A DNA stretch of 64,000 nt from positions 1-64,000 of the forward strand of contig JAZDJR010000029.1 in assembly GCA_043803815.1 (NCBI GenBank), given 5' to 3'. The DNA comes from Candidatus Micrarchaeota archaeon (GTDB taxonomy: Archaea > Iainarchaeota > Iainarchaeia > Iainarchaeales > JAGVWC01). The notes beneath the pieces are model-generated. The model did not search any database and was not told the origin of the DNA. It saw nothing but the letters and a program-made list of their open reading frames with translations. Positions 30,215-40,193 of the stretch are shown here, piece after piece. Within the stretch, counting starts at the first letter, position 1. Each line of letters opens with the position of its first letter. The translations under genes were made by a program, and so were the position numbers.

Positions 30215-30475
30215 ATGTTTCAACCATCCGATTTCTGGGACCAAACAACCGTGGGACAGATTATTGTCCTGCTCAAACAAAAGCCCGGTCTGTACTCGAA
30301 AGAAGTTTTTTTAGCACTTGCCGAAAAAGGAAATAAGTCGAGCATGCAAAATGTCCACAAAATGCTTAAGCGGCTTGTAAAAAAATCCGTTGTAACAAAA
30401 AAGGACTTGAAATATTCCCTCTCGCCCGAATGGATAAAACAGTTCAACCAGTTTGCCGATTTTTTGCAAAAATAA
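30215..30475 (+). CDS. Small winged-helix protein
   Basis: SMQNVHKMLKRLVKKSVV..YSL. Confidence 0.7.
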   Translation: MFQPSDFWDQTTVGQIIVLLKQKPGLYSKEVFLALAEKGNKSSMQNVHKMLKRLVKKSVVTKKDLKYSLSPEWIKQFNQFADFLQK

Positions 30476-30507
30476 TCTTATATATACAAAAAACACTAGC
30501 AGTTGCT

Positions 30508-30942
30508 ATGGTCAGTATGGATGCGATTTTACGTTCTAGCGAACCTTCACAAGAATTCAAGCATTTAGATGAACGGTTTCAAAAAAATGATATTGAACAT
30601 CGAGTCCGATATTCTGTGCTCATTGGACACCTTTATTTAGAAAATAGAATTAATATTTTACTAGAAAAAATCGCTGCGAAAAACAGCAATCATGCACTTG
30701 GCTGGGCAACTGATTTGAGCTTTTACAATAAAAGTACTCTTTTACTTTTCAATGGTTTAATAAAACCGAACTTGCACGCAGAATTAAAGAAAATTAACGA
30801 TGCACGGAATGCGTTTGTTCATAAACTTTGGCCGGCTGAAGCGAAATTTGACGAAATAAGTTTGTTAGAGGAAAGCGGAATAGAAAAAATAAGAGTTGCG
30901 ATTATAGCCGCCAACGAAGAACTTAAGAATATCCGCATTTGA
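30508..30942 (+). CDS. Hypothetical protein, MltR/HEPN-like fold
   Basis: VLIGHLYLE, RNAFVH (Rx4H). Confidence 0.6.
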   Translation: MVSMDAILRSSEPSQEFKHLDERFQKNDIEHRVRYSVLIGHLYLENRINILLEKIAAKNSNHALGWATDLSFYNKSTLLLFNGLIKPNLHAELKKINDARNAFVHKLWPAEAKFDEISLLEESGIEKIRVAIIAANEELKNIRI

Positions 30943-30973
30943 TGTCAAATTGGCTAAGCGCGCTAACAATATA

Positions 30974-33190
30974 TTAAGCGCTAAATAATTCCTCTATTTT
31001 TTGTTTTGCTTCGAATCTGCCGAGTGTGGGGCCGTGTTGTTTGTAGGCGTTTCTTAGGCTGTTTTGGGTTACGATGAAGTACCATTCTTTGTATTTTTTG
31101 AGTCGTTCGATTTTTTCCTGTAATTCTTGGGGGTTGTGGAAACTGTTTCCGGTTTCGATTTCAAAGGCAATTGTTTTTTCTTTGGCGACAAAGACGAGGT
31201 CGGCCTGTTGGACTGCGTTTCGCGCTACTTTGTCCGTGTGTTTTTGGATTTCTTCGTATAGTAATTGGGCTAGGAATTTGTGGTCAATGGATTCGTTTTC
31301 TGGGTGGGGGTTTATCAGGTATGCTCTGGGTCCGCCTTGTTCCAAGCCCATTTGCTTTGTTTCCAGGTATCCTGCGCTTTTGAGGAATTCGATTTGTTTG
31401 TCGTTTAATTCCGAAACGGGGTAGTGCTTTTTGCTTAGCGTGTAGACTTCTTCGCTTAGGTCCTCATTTTCCAATAGTTTTTCGCGTAGGATTTCTCTTT
31501 TTCGTAGTTCTTCTGGGTTTGTGGTGATGATGTCGTATTCTTTTTCCGATGCAAGGACTTTGATGGGCAATCGGTCGTTCATGGCGAATAATAGTCCTTC
31601 TCCTTTTTCTGCGGTCAGGATGAAGTTTTTTTCTTCTTTGTTTAATCCGAATTTTTCGGTTATTTCGATTGAAACCGCTGGGTCCTGCCGGAGTAACAGT
31701 TTCCATGCTGTGTTGGCGAGAATTGTGTTTCCGGCGGGGCTGTTGAGCAGGTCGTTTACTTCTTGGGTGATGATGACGAGGCCTGCGCCGAATTTTCGGG
31801 CTGTTTTGCATATTTTGAATAGGTATTCGGCGTGTTCTCCGTGTCGCAGTAATTGCCATGCTTCGTCCACGACGATGATTTTTCTTTCGCGGTCTTTTTG
31901 GGTTTTTTCATAAATAAAATCCAAAACCAAAAACATTAATGCCGGTTTTACCTGGTTAGGCATTTCCTTGATGTTAAAAGAAATCAGTTTCTTTTCCAGA
32001 TTCAGGCTGGTTTGCTTGTTCATGAACGAGAAGCTGCCGTGTGCGTAAATTTGCAAGCGATTGAGCAGGGCGTCGTAGGTCATTTTTTCGATTTGGCTGG
32101 CTTTTCGCGCGTTTTGCTCTAATACTTCGAATAGGTCGCTTAGGACGGGTGGTTTTTGTTTCCATGTTTCCGGGCTATTGGGGTGAATTCCCTTGTTTTT
32201 GTAGGTTTGAATCAGAGCCTTGTCTAATGTGTTTTTTTGTACTTCGGTCAGTTCGCCGAACATTATCCGGAACAAATCCATAAGGGACAACAGTTTGTCG
32301 CCGAAGTCGCGTCCCATCAAGTCCAATGGATTGATGATTGTGTCGGAATCGCGGGAAATATTTACGAGTTGGCCGTCATATTTTTGGCACAAGTCGGAAT
32401 ATTCGCCTTGCGGGTCGATGATGTAACTTTGCGTGTTTTTCAACAAGTTCCGGATTAGGTATAGTTTGACAAAAAAGCTTTTTCCGCCGCCGCTTGAACC
32501 AAGGACTAACCCGTTGTAGTTGGCGAAGTCGTATTGGTTCAAAATGATTGGGATATTGTTGTTGATGTTTACGCCGAACATTACGCCGTCTTCTTTCAAA
32601 TCCAAAAATGAGGAAGTAAACGGAAAACAGGCCGCCAATGGACTGCTTGGAATGTTTCTTTGGATGCGGAGCTTGTCCTGTGCGATTGGAATAATGGATT
32701 GCAAGGCCTGTTGCATGCGAAAATAGGGTGTTTTTGGGATTATCATCATCGAGTTTAATTCGGATTCGATTTTTCGGGTTGCCAAATCCAATTCCGGCTT
32801 GTCAAAGGCGCGCGCGTTAACGTAAAAACTCAAATTGAACAGTTTTTCCTCGCCGGTCTGCAGGGATTGCAGGGTTTTGTAGGTGTCGTCATACTGGACC
32901 TTCAAGGAAGGATTGACGATTCCGCGGGTTTCCGAGGCTAATATGTCTGATTTTTGCTTGACAAGCTCTTGGTTCAGTTTTCCCAAAATCAATTCGATTG
33001 ATGCGGGTTCCACGTGCAGGGATAAGTCAAAGTTTCCTTCGCTTGAAACGATTCGGTCCAGCCATCCTTCTTGTATTGTGCGCGGGTAGCCTACTGCCAT
33101 GACTATTCGGTTATACGTGTCATTTATCTGAATCGAATCCGGCTCGTTGTTGACATAGGACGGTTTCAACAATTTTTCTAAACAGAACAT
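30974..33190 (-). CDS. VirB4-like conjugation ATPase with C-terminal PD-(D/E)XK-like domain
   Basis: GSSGGGKS, IDPQGEY, INPLD, VVDEAW, ARKFG; tail ADLV..AFEIETG. Confidence 0.88.
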   Translation of the reverse strand: MFCLEKLLKPSYVNNEPDSIQINDTYNRIVMAVGYPRTIQEGWLDRIVSSEGNFDLSLHVEPASIELILGKLNQELVKQKSDILASETRGIVNPSLKVQYDDTYKTLQSLQTGEEKLFNLSFYVNARAFDKPELDLATRKIESELNSMMIIPKTPYFRMQQALQSIIPIAQDKLRIQRNIPSSPLAACFPFTSSFLDLKEDGVMFGVNINNNIPIILNQYDFANYNGLVLGSSGGGKSFFVKLYLIRNLLKNTQSYIIDPQGEYSDLCQKYDGQLVNISRDSDTIINPLDLMGRDFGDKLLSLMDLFRIMFGELTEVQKNTLDKALIQTYKNKGIHPNSPETWKQKPPVLSDLFEVLEQNARKASQIEKMTYDALLNRLQIYAHGSFSFMNKQTSLNLEKKLISFNIKEMPNQVKPALMFLVLDFIYEKTQKDRERKIIVVDEAWQLLRHGEHAEYLFKICKTARKFGAGLVIITQEVNDLLNSPAGNTILANTAWKLLLRQDPAVSIEITEKFGLNKEEKNFILTAEKGEGLLFAMNDRLPIKVLASEKEYDIITTNPEELRKREILREKLLENEDLSEEVYTLSKKHYPVSELNDKQIEFLKSAGYLETKQMGLEQGGPRAYLINPHPENESIDHKFLAQLLYEEIQKHTDKVARNAVQQADLVFVAKEKTIAFEIETGNSFHNPQELQEKIERLKKYKEWYFIVTQNSLRNAYKQHGPTLGRFEAKQKIEELFSA

Positions 33191-33228
33191 AAATTGAGTA
33201 AAACCAACCGAAAACGCTTAAAAGCAGG

Positions 33229-33249
33229 CAGTGAAAGAATTCAGCAGAA
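33229..33249 (-). promoter_or_regulatory. Shared 21-bp promoter-upstream motif (VirB4 gene)
   Basis: TTCTGCTGAATTCTTTCACTG followed by TTTTAAG box. Confidence 0.7.
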
Positions 33250-33254
33250 TGCGA

Positions 33255-33584
33255 TTATTTGCCGCGTGGGAGTTGTTGCGACCAAACCATGCCGGTCTTG
33301 GTATCTTTGTTAATTTCGCCCAACCAGCGTCCGTTCGCGTTGTAAAAATCCTGCCGAACAACTGGCCCATCTTTGGACATAACCGAAATGTTTCCATCAT
33401 CTAAAACGCTTGCGGTTCGATACTTACTCTTAAAGGTTCCCGCTTTAATCATTCGGAGCGTTTTCTGCGTTAGCTGCTGTCCGCGTGCAACATTGACTCC
33501 GCGCACAGTTGCTTTCCCGGCTCTTAGAAGACCTCTTCCAAATGCGTTAATCCCGCGTCGAATTTTTCCAGCTGGCTTTGCCAT
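33255..33584 (-). CDS. Basic 109-aa hypothetical protein inside transfer operon
   Basis: ORF between PrgI-like and VirB4 genes. Confidence 0.65.
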   Translation of the reverse strand: MAKPAGKIRRGINAFGRGLLRAGKATVRGVNVARGQQLTQKTLRMIKAGTFKSKYRTASVLDDGNISVMSKDGPVVRQDFYNANGRWLGEINKDTKTGMVWSQQLPRGK

Positions 33585-33619
33585 TCAATTACCTAGTTAT
33601 ATTGCGGTTTTTCCCCTTT

Positions 33620-34546
33620 TTATTTCTTTGTTTTGGCGTTTTGAATAAGCGTCAATTCTCCGAGGTATTGGTTTTTTGTTTCCAAAAATTCGTCAAAAAA
33701 AGCCGCCATTAAACTCAGTAATTCGTCGTTTTCGAGCCGTGCGCTTAGCAAATTGCTTTTTTTGAGTTTTTGCTGGCAGAGCTTGACGCGGATTTCCAAT
33801 TGCTGTAACGAGTTTTGCTGGTTTATTTCGTAACTGGTTTTCTTTTTTTGTTTTGAAAAGAGGTTTTGCAATCCGATGATGCAGTCTTGCAGGGCCTTGG
33901 TTTTGCTGGTCGGCGAATAGGGGATTACAACGTAGAATTGCCTGTTTTTAACTTTTTTTTCGCCGATGTGGTTTTGGACGAATTCTTCAAAAGAGCCGAA
34001 TTGCTCCAAAATCTTGGGGTCTTTGGTTTCCAATGCCTGCAATTCAAGTTTTTTCAAATAGTCCGACAGATTCAGGTTGATGGTTCGCATGACTATTTGG
34101 ACGGAAAAGTCCAGGGAGTTCAAAAATTCCTTGTAGGCTTGGATGATTGCTTCCTGTTCGGTCTTGGATAGCATGTGGAAATTCAATGGCATTATTTGCA
34201 GGATTGCCCGGATTGAACCTTCTTTCAGGTAGACCACGTTTTTTTCGATTTTTTTGATTCCAACCAATTGCTCAAGTTTTGGGTCAAAGTAGCCTGCTCT
34301 TTTGATGCTTTTGTGAAAAACCCAAATCTCTTTCACACGGTCAAATAACCCAAAGAACGCGAATCCTGTTCCAATGCCCATGAATGGCAGGGCAATCAGG
34401 AAGCGGACGGTCAAATCGAATGGTGCGCGGATAAGGATAATCGCGCTGATGATTCCAAACACGCCAATCCACAGTAATTGTTCAAACGTCAGGTTGAACA
34501 TGATTTTTTCCTTATACTGCAAGTTGGACGGGATTTCGTAGGCCAT
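33620..34546 (-). CDS. PrgI/VirB3-like membrane protein fused to TraC-like domain
   Basis: YEIP..YKEKI..LTFEQ plus two TMs; FLNSLDFSVQIV. Confidence 0.8.
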   Translation of the reverse strand: MAYEIPSNLQYKEKIMFNLTFEQLLWIGVFGIISAIILIRAPFDLTVRFLIALPFMGIGTGFAFFGLFDRVKEIWVFHKSIKRAGYFDPKLEQLVGIKKIEKNVVYLKEGSIRAILQIMPLNFHMLSKTEQEAIIQAYKEFLNSLDFSVQIVMRTINLNLSDYLKKLELQALETKDPKILEQFGSFEEFVQNHIGEKKVKNRQFYVVIPYSPTSKTKALQDCIIGLQNLFSKQKKKTSYEINQQNSLQQLEIRVKLCQQKLKKSNLLSARLENDELLSLMAAFFDEFLETKNQYLGELTLIQNAKTKK

Positions 34547-34596
34547 TGTTTTTCCTCCTTTTCATTGGTCGATAGGGTAAACTGCACATTTTGTTT

Positions 34597-35424
34597 TCAC
34601 GCTGCCAGGGCCATTGCTGATTTTGCAACGGTTGCCAAGTCAATTTTTAATCCAACGGAATGCATTGCTTTTTCGATGGCAATTTTCAAGCACAAAACAT
34701 TGGCGATGAAGATTAGCAGGAAGGCTGTGGCTGGCGCCAAGGTGCTCATCAAGACCATGCCGGCAAATTCTCCTTCGAAAGCCTGAACCGCGATTAAAAT
34801 AATTACGTCCAAGACCTGCATGAAAATTGTGATGCCCAAAATGTTGAGAATGATTTTTCCGTACGATTCTAGTGGCGGGATAAAGTACAGGAACAGGCCG
34901 ACGGGGAACAGCATTATACCGATTATCAAAATTATTTGCCGCAGTATCAGGGTAATCGTGGTTAGTGCGATGAACAGGCTTAGTATTCCGGTCCAGATGA
35001 AGTCCAGTCCTGCGAATCCGGGGCTGAACAGGGTTTCGAACTGGGTGTCCCATAAATAAGTTGTCATTCCGCTTGAAGCCTGCAAAATCAACGAATAAAT
35101 CAACAGGCTCGCGTTTACGACCACGAGCATGAAAACCGCTTTTTTCAGCCATTGCTTTGACTGTTCCCGTTCAACCGCGTCAATGCTGCCGACAATGAAC
35201 TTTAACCCGATTCCCATGAACAAAAGTAAGTAGAACGCGTTGATGATGGCAATGAAAACAAGCCATAAACTCTCGAAGTGCATGGGTTCGATATTGCTGG
35301 TTATGAGTGTCTTTGCAACGTCCAGCATGGGCTGGCTAAAACCGAAAAATGACTGTTTCAATGATTCAAATAAGGCCCCAGAAATAGCTTGGGGCAGGTT
35401 TCCCATTATTTCCCACAAACCCAT
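34597..35424 (-). CDS. VirB6/TrbL-like polytopic membrane protein
   Basis: Multiple TMs, LRQIIL..LFPV..LYFIP, operon context. Confidence 0.7.
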   Translation of the reverse strand: MGLWEIMGNLPQAISGALFESLKQSFFGFSQPMLDVAKTLITSNIEPMHFESLWLVFIAIINAFYLLLFMGIGLKFIVGSIDAVEREQSKQWLKKAVFMLVVVNASLLIYSLILQASSGMTTYLWDTQFETLFSPGFAGLDFIWTGILSLFIALTTITLILRQIILIIGIMLFPVGLFLYFIPPLESYGKIILNILGITIFMQVLDVIILIAVQAFEGEFAGMVLMSTLAPATAFLLIFIANVLCLKIAIEKAMHSVGLKIDLATVAKSAMALAA

Positions 35425-36876
35425 TCAGATTGCCCCCGCTTTTTTCTTTGCAAACAAAAAAAGACCGTAGTAGGCCCCGAAGAAAAGCAATACAGATAAT
35501 CCTGTTTGCTGGGTTTCGCCGTTAAAAATCGGGAACCGTTCAATTTGCGAGCTGGACGCGAACTCGTTGTCCCCTTGGAAAACGGCTTGAATGTTTCCCT
35601 TGGTTTCACTCGCGGGAACGCTTGCCTCGGCGATGCCGTTTTGGTTCGTTTCAAGCTCGATTTGCCGGATGGGTGTTTGCAAGAAAACGGTTTTGCTTGC
35701 TAACGGTTCTTGGTTTTCGTCCGTCAGTTTTAGGGTTGCTTGGATGTTTTCGTTTTGGTCAAAACTGTTCTTGTCCAGGGATAAATCCAAGAAAACCGGT
35801 TTTAGTTCAATTAATCCGCAGTCTTGGGTTTTTTCGTCAAAATCCGAGGTAATCATCAAAGTGCAGGGCGCAAGCTCTTGGACCGCAAAAATAAACTTTT
35901 TGGTTGAACCGTTTTGGTCGAACCCAATCCAATCGAGGCCCGCGGTGCGATTAATATCCTTTTGTGTCCGGGTAATGCTGATTATTCCGTTTGGTTCCGC
36001 GTTCAGGTCAAAGGCGGTTTGCGAATATTCAAACGTCCCGCCCCCAATTTCGATTTTTAAGCGGTTGATGGGTTGATTGGAATCGGTCTGGAAGAACGCT
36101 TGATAGTAGCCGTTTTTTGGCTCAAACTTGGCGTTCACAACAAGGTCTGGAACGATTGTTTTGGCTTGCAGGGTATCTTGGGCGAGTACCTGGTCTTCTT
36201 GGTTGTCCGTGTGATGGTAATCGCAGGTGTTCCAGCAATGCCAGTAACCGTCATAGTAAACGCAGTGCTGCTGAGTTTGAAAATGGTCGATTTGCAAGCG
36301 CGTGTGGACGCGCAGCTCGGCCTTGAACTCTGCGGTTAAGTCGTCCTCGTTTGGCAGGGAATAGGTTGTTTCGGGTTGGCTTCCGAGCGAGTTTTCGTTC
36401 AAGAGGATTCTTTTTTGGTTTTCAAGAATTGTGTAGGAGTAATTGGTTTGGCAGTCCTCTGGCATTGTTCCGCTTGGGATTTGCAGGGAATAATTGCTTT
36501 GGAATAAGACTTTTCCAACGGGTGCGACGAACCATTGGTTGGTTTCTTGGTCGTAGAATCCTTTTTCGAATCCCGTTATTTTGGCCCAAGCGTTTTGAAT
36601 GATTCCTTGGGATTGGGTTTGCGTGGGCGGGTTTGTGAATTGCAGGTTTTTGTTCCAGTTGTAAGCAAAATTGAATGAAGCCAATTCGGACTGGTTTTCC
36701 AACAGGTTCAGGTACAAATCTTCTTTTTGCTGAACCGTCAAACTCGAATCCGTCAAAATGTTTTGGCAGTCTTGTAATTGGTCGCCTTGGAAAGCGTTGC
36801 AGTTTGTTGGGAGTATGCTGGCGCTTATTCCTGTAAAAAAGAAAAAGGAAGCGAGAACAAGGAGGGTTGTTTTCAT
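35425..36876 (-). CDS. Surface protein with Ig-like domain and C-terminal anchor (adhesin candidate)
   Basis: Signal peptide, LTDENQEPL..TNQNGIA Ig-like segment, TM plus KKK. Confidence 0.75.
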   Translation of the reverse strand: MKTTLLVLASFFFFTGISASILPTNCNAFQGDQLQDCQNILTDSSLTVQQKEDLYLNLLENQSELASFNFAYNWNKNLQFTNPPTQTQSQGIIQNAWAKITGFEKGFYDQETNQWFVAPVGKVLFQSNYSLQIPSGTMPEDCQTNYSYTILENQKRILLNENSLGSQPETTYSLPNEDDLTAEFKAELRVHTRLQIDHFQTQQHCVYYDGYWHCWNTCDYHHTDNQEDQVLAQDTLQAKTIVPDLVVNAKFEPKNGYYQAFFQTDSNQPINRLKIEIGGGTFEYSQTAFDLNAEPNGIISITRTQKDINRTAGLDWIGFDQNGSTKKFIFAVQELAPCTLMITSDFDEKTQDCGLIELKPVFLDLSLDKNSFDQNENIQATLKLTDENQEPLASKTVFLQTPIRQIELETNQNGIAEASVPASETKGNIQAVFQGDNEFASSSQIERFPIFNGETQQTGLSVLLFFGAYYGLFLFAKKKAGAI

Positions 36877-36885
36877 GTTCTCGCC

Positions 36886-37185
36886 TCACGGTGCCGCCGG
36901 TGTCAAGAAGCTGACAACGAGGGGGGCTACCCAGACCATGACGAGCCCTGCGATACAGTAGGTTATCATGGATTTGGCTCCTTCGCGGGCCTGGATGTTG
37001 TCGCCTGATGTTGCCAAGCGGCCACCAGCATACGTCAAAGCAATCAATGCCACAAGGGTTACGATTGCCTTGATTAGGTCATAGATTTTGTTCAATGGCT
37101 CGGTTATCTCTTCCACGCCGGTTGCAAAAGCAAACGGGGAAACAGTCGCCAATGCCACGAGCAAAGCAAGGATTTTTTGTTTCAA
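36886..37185 (-). CDS. VirB2/TrbC-like pilin
   Basis: GGAGGTG SD, TTG start, signal plus two hydrophobic helices with REGAK linker. Confidence 0.78.
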   Translation of the reverse strand: MKQKILALLVALATVSPFAFATGVEEITEPLNKIYDLIKAIVTLVALIALTYAGGRLATSGDNIQAREGAKSMITYCIAGLVMVWVAPLVVSFLTPAAP

Positions 37186-37245
37186 AATTGAACCACCTCC
37201 AAAAAAGTAGTTATAATTCGCCAATCGCAGTCCTTTAAAGCCGGC

Positions 37246-37266
37246 CAGTGAAAACATTAAGCAGAA
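37246..37266 (-). promoter_or_regulatory. Shared 21-bp promoter-upstream motif (pilin operon)
   Basis: TTCTGCTTAATGTTTTCACTG-N6-TTTAAAG. Confidence 0.7.
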
Positions 37267-37369
37267 ACAAAAACAAACCCCAAACTAACCATTGATTGGT
37301 TAGAAAAGACCGAAAATAACCCCAAACAGGCAAAAGGAGGGCGCTGTACTAACCAAGGCTCCCAAGGAA

Positions 37370-37933
37370 CTATAGTGTCTTTTCTGTGTCCTTGTTAGCT
37401 GGTTGTGCGTTTTTTATTTTTTTATAGAGTGTTTTGAATTCGTTGTAGTATTTGGGATTGGTTTTTTCTTCTTCGGTGGCATGTTTTAGAAATATTCCTT
37501 CATACCAATCAATTATTGCATCGTTGAAAAACTCCGTGTATTCTTCGTGAAGGTGTCCTCGGTTGATAAGGAATGCAAAGAATTCAATGCGGTTAAATAA
37601 TCTCGAATCAAGTCGTCTGGCTTTTAATTGGGTTTTTCCATCAGCAGCGCCATTTGCTTCAAGGTCAAAGAGTTGCTGGCTTAGGTTGTCGATGTCGTCG
37701 GAGAATTTTGATATTGCTTGAATTTCGCTTATTTTTGCGTTTTGTTTTAGTTCGTATCCGCTAAAAAGGAGTGCAATAATTGCGATGAAAATACTTATTT
37801 CAGTTAGTCCAAGCGTTAATCCGGTCAATCCGGGAATCATTCCGGTGTGTATTGCTGCAAGTATAGCGAGAATTAGGATAATGGATAGTATCGGCCAGTT
37901 TTCTCTTATTTTTCTGCGTAACTGGAGTTTCAT
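37370..37933 (-). CDS. Two-TM hypothetical protein
   Basis: N-terminal TMs, FNRIEFFA..YNEFKTL helical domain. Confidence 0.7.
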   Translation of the reverse strand: MKLQLRRKIRENWPILSIILILAILAAIHTGMIPGLTGLTLGLTEISIFIAIIALLFSGYELKQNAKISEIQAISKFSDDIDNLSQQLFDLEANGAADGKTQLKARRLDSRLFNRIEFFAFLINRGHLHEEYTEFFNDAIIDWYEGIFLKHATEEEKTNPKYYNEFKTLYKKIKNAQPANKDTEKTL

Positions 37934-38160
37934 TGTTTTTTCTCCAAATTAGCGGGCGGGGTTTCGATTGTTTTTTGGTTTTCAGCAATCGCTTGCCGGG
38001 ACCGAAGCAATCCTTGACCGTTAAAGTTTTTGAGTTCAATTCCTTGTCGTGATGCTACTTGGGGTGCCGCGTTATGCGAATCGCCTATTGCCTCCCTGAC
38101 ATCGACGAATGGTTTTGCCACATATGCTTTTCCTACCTCTACTCTTTTTTCACCAGTCAT
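37930..38160 (-). CDS. Small hypothetical protein
   Basis: AGGAGG SD, ATGA overlap with next gene. Confidence 0.6.
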   Translation of the reverse strand: MTGEKRVEVGKAYVAKPFVDVREAIGDSHNAAPQVASRQGIELKNFNGQGLLRSRQAIAENQKTIETPPANLEKKQ

Positions 38161-38251
38161 TTTTCTTCCTCCTATTACTTTGCCTGCATAAACATCGTTT
38201 TTCTCTGTTTAACCCTTTTTGGAGGTTCATTTCCGCTTAAAACTCATTTAA

Positions 38252-38341
38252 TCCACCGCTTTTCTCGTTTTTTCTTTATTCGGCTGCGGCGTTTTGTCCA
38301 TTTAAACCCTTCCCCCTTTCGGGGGTCGGCTGGCGCTTAAA
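38252..38341. repeat. Imperfect direct repeat A (promoter-like)
   Basis: Aligns with 40041-40120: CTCGTTTTTTCTTT..TTTAAACCCTT..GGGTCGGCT. Confidence 0.75.
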
Positions 38342-38766
38342 ATGGCTCCTTTAATGAACTCATCCGTGTTTTCAATTTTGAATCCTCGCATTTTTTCTTT
38401 AATGCATCCACAAAAGATTAGCGCTTGTTTGTGAATAATTTCGATTGGTATGCGGTGAGGGGATTCCCGGTTAAACTGGTGTTGTTGCTTTTTGAATTCT
38501 TTATCTGACTTTCCGTTGTCAACGAATCGGTCCACATCAACACACTCAAATTTGAACCGGTTTGCCCATTCTAATCTAAGCACAAACTTTTCTTTGGTTT
38601 TTTTTGATTTGATTTCAGCAATCGCAAACCAACCCGTTTTGTTATATTTTGTTTTTCCATTTTTTCCTTTCAGGTCAATAAAGAAATAGTTTGGGTTAAT
38701 ACAAAAAATTTCATATTCTAGCCACAGGCTGGAAATTTGGGTTGGTATTTTTTCAGGGTCGTCCAT
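38302..38766 (-). CDS. Hypothetical protein
   Basis: 154-aa AT-rich ORF ending inside repeat A. Confidence 0.6.
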   Translation of the reverse strand: MDDPEKIPTQISSLWLEYEIFCINPNYFFIDLKGKNGKTKYNKTGWFAIAEIKSKKTKEKFVLRLEWANRFKFECVDVDRFVDNGKSDKEFKKQQHQFNRESPHRIPIEIIHKQALIFCGCIKEKMRGFKIENTDEFIKGAILSASRPPKGGRV

Positions 38767-38904
38767 AAGTGCACGAAATTATGCGTTGAAAGTTATTTAG
38801 GTTTACCTCTTTTATAAAAAACCGCCAAATATGCCCAAAAGATTCTTTAAACCTTTGTAGGCATTTTTTTAATAGATTATTCCGCACAAGGGCGGGGTGG
38901 ATTT

Positions 38905-39345
38905 ATGGGTAAATGTATTTTGTGTGATGGGCAAACAAATTGGGCGGGGGTTTGTGCATCCTGTGACTTGAATAATAACTTGACTAAGCGGAAGGGGGAT
39001 TTTTATGAATTTGTTTTCTCGGATAGGTCAAATAAAATTCCTGTTGAAGATAACCTTTCTATCGGAGAATTCATTCATAAAAAAGGAAGAGAAAAAATTT
39101 TGGAGCTAATTAATGAGACTGCCATGGAAGAAAGTGGGTACTACAAGGGAGAAATGTGTCCTTTTACCCAGGTTGAAGTTGGTGGAACTCGGGCAGCAAC
39201 TTTGGCTTTCACGGGGGCTTCACTGAATGAATTTGTTTGGACACATTCGAAATGCATGCAAGAATACTGCGCAATATGGGACAATGAAAATAAACAGTGC
39301 TCCATAAAAACAATTGCCCAACGGTTCATGAGTAAAGAAAAATAA
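38905..39345 (+). CDS. Cys-motif (zinc-binding) hypothetical protein
   Basis: CxxC..CxxC N-terminus, CP..C.xx.CAIW..C. Confidence 0.65.
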   Translation: MGKCILCDGQTNWAGVCASCDLNNNLTKRKGDFYEFVFSDRSNKIPVEDNLSIGEFIHKKGREKILELINETAMEESGYYKGEMCPFTQVEVGGTRAATLAFTGASLNEFVWTHSKCMQEYCAIWDNENKQCSIKTIAQRFMSKEK

Positions 39346-39375
39346 CCCAGCCGTGGTTTGTAGTTTCACAAGAAC

Positions 39376-39996
39376 CTAGTTTTTTTCCATTTCGCTTTCA
39401 ACGAAGTGATAAAGTTCTTCCATAGTTTCGGGGATGGCATGCATCCAACCTTCTTCGGACGGTGTTTCTATTTCATACATTGTGTCGGGGAAGAGTTCGA
39501 ATGAATGAACCGCAGTGTTCCTATTTTCATGTATTCTATCTAAAATATCTTTCTCTAATGGGGGGGTTATTCCCAATAAATCGACTTTTCTGATTAGTTT
39601 TTGGAGACTGATAGTTTTTCTTTTATTCAAAATGGCTTTTTCGTTGAGGTCTGCCACTTTTTTTATCTCAATGTCTTTTTCCCCAGCAACCTGAAATATG
39701 TTAAATTCTTTCAGTAGAAATGCTGACTTTAGCAGATATTCCAATGCGATTCCAGCAGCAATTTTGTATTTTTTTGATTGGGCTATCATTTCTGCTTCAA
39801 ATTCATCAGCAGAATATTTATATTGCCAATCCAACCACTTTCCTTCTTCATCTTCTAATTCTTGTTTGGCGTTTAAAAAGTCATCAAAAAAAATTTTAGC
39901 TTGGTTAAAAAATCTTCGCGCATATTCTTGGTGTAGTTCCTTTAATTCAGCAACAGTAACCGTCAAAAATTCTTCCGGTAATCGAATTTCAGGCAT
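39376..39996 (-). CDS. HEPN-like hypothetical protein
   Basis: ALEYLLKS and RNTAVH (Rx4H). Confidence 0.65.
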   Translation of the reverse strand: MPEIRLPEEFLTVTVAELKELHQEYARRFFNQAKIFFDDFLNAKQELEDEEGKWLDWQYKYSADEFEAEMIAQSKKYKIAAGIALEYLLKSAFLLKEFNIFQVAGEKDIEIKKVADLNEKAILNKRKTISLQKLIRKVDLLGITPPLEKDILDRIHENRNTAVHSFELFPDTMYEIETPSEEGWMHAIPETMEELYHFVESEMEKN

Positions 39997-40040
39997 AATA
40001 CAATTTTTTGTTGCCGCACATTTTTTAACCCATTTCAACC

Positions 40041-40120
40041 TCCAGCGCTGACTCGTTTTTTCTTTCTGGCTCGGGTCTTGCCCGTTTAAACCCTTTCCCG
40101 TGGGTCGGCTTGTGCCTAAA
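40041..40120. repeat. Imperfect direct repeat B
   Basis: Aligns with 38252-38341. Confidence 0.75.
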
Positions 40121-40193
40121 GGGATTTAATACGTTCAAGCCCCGCGAGACGCCTTCAGAAAAAACTCGTTTTTCGCGCTGGAGGTGATTAAAA

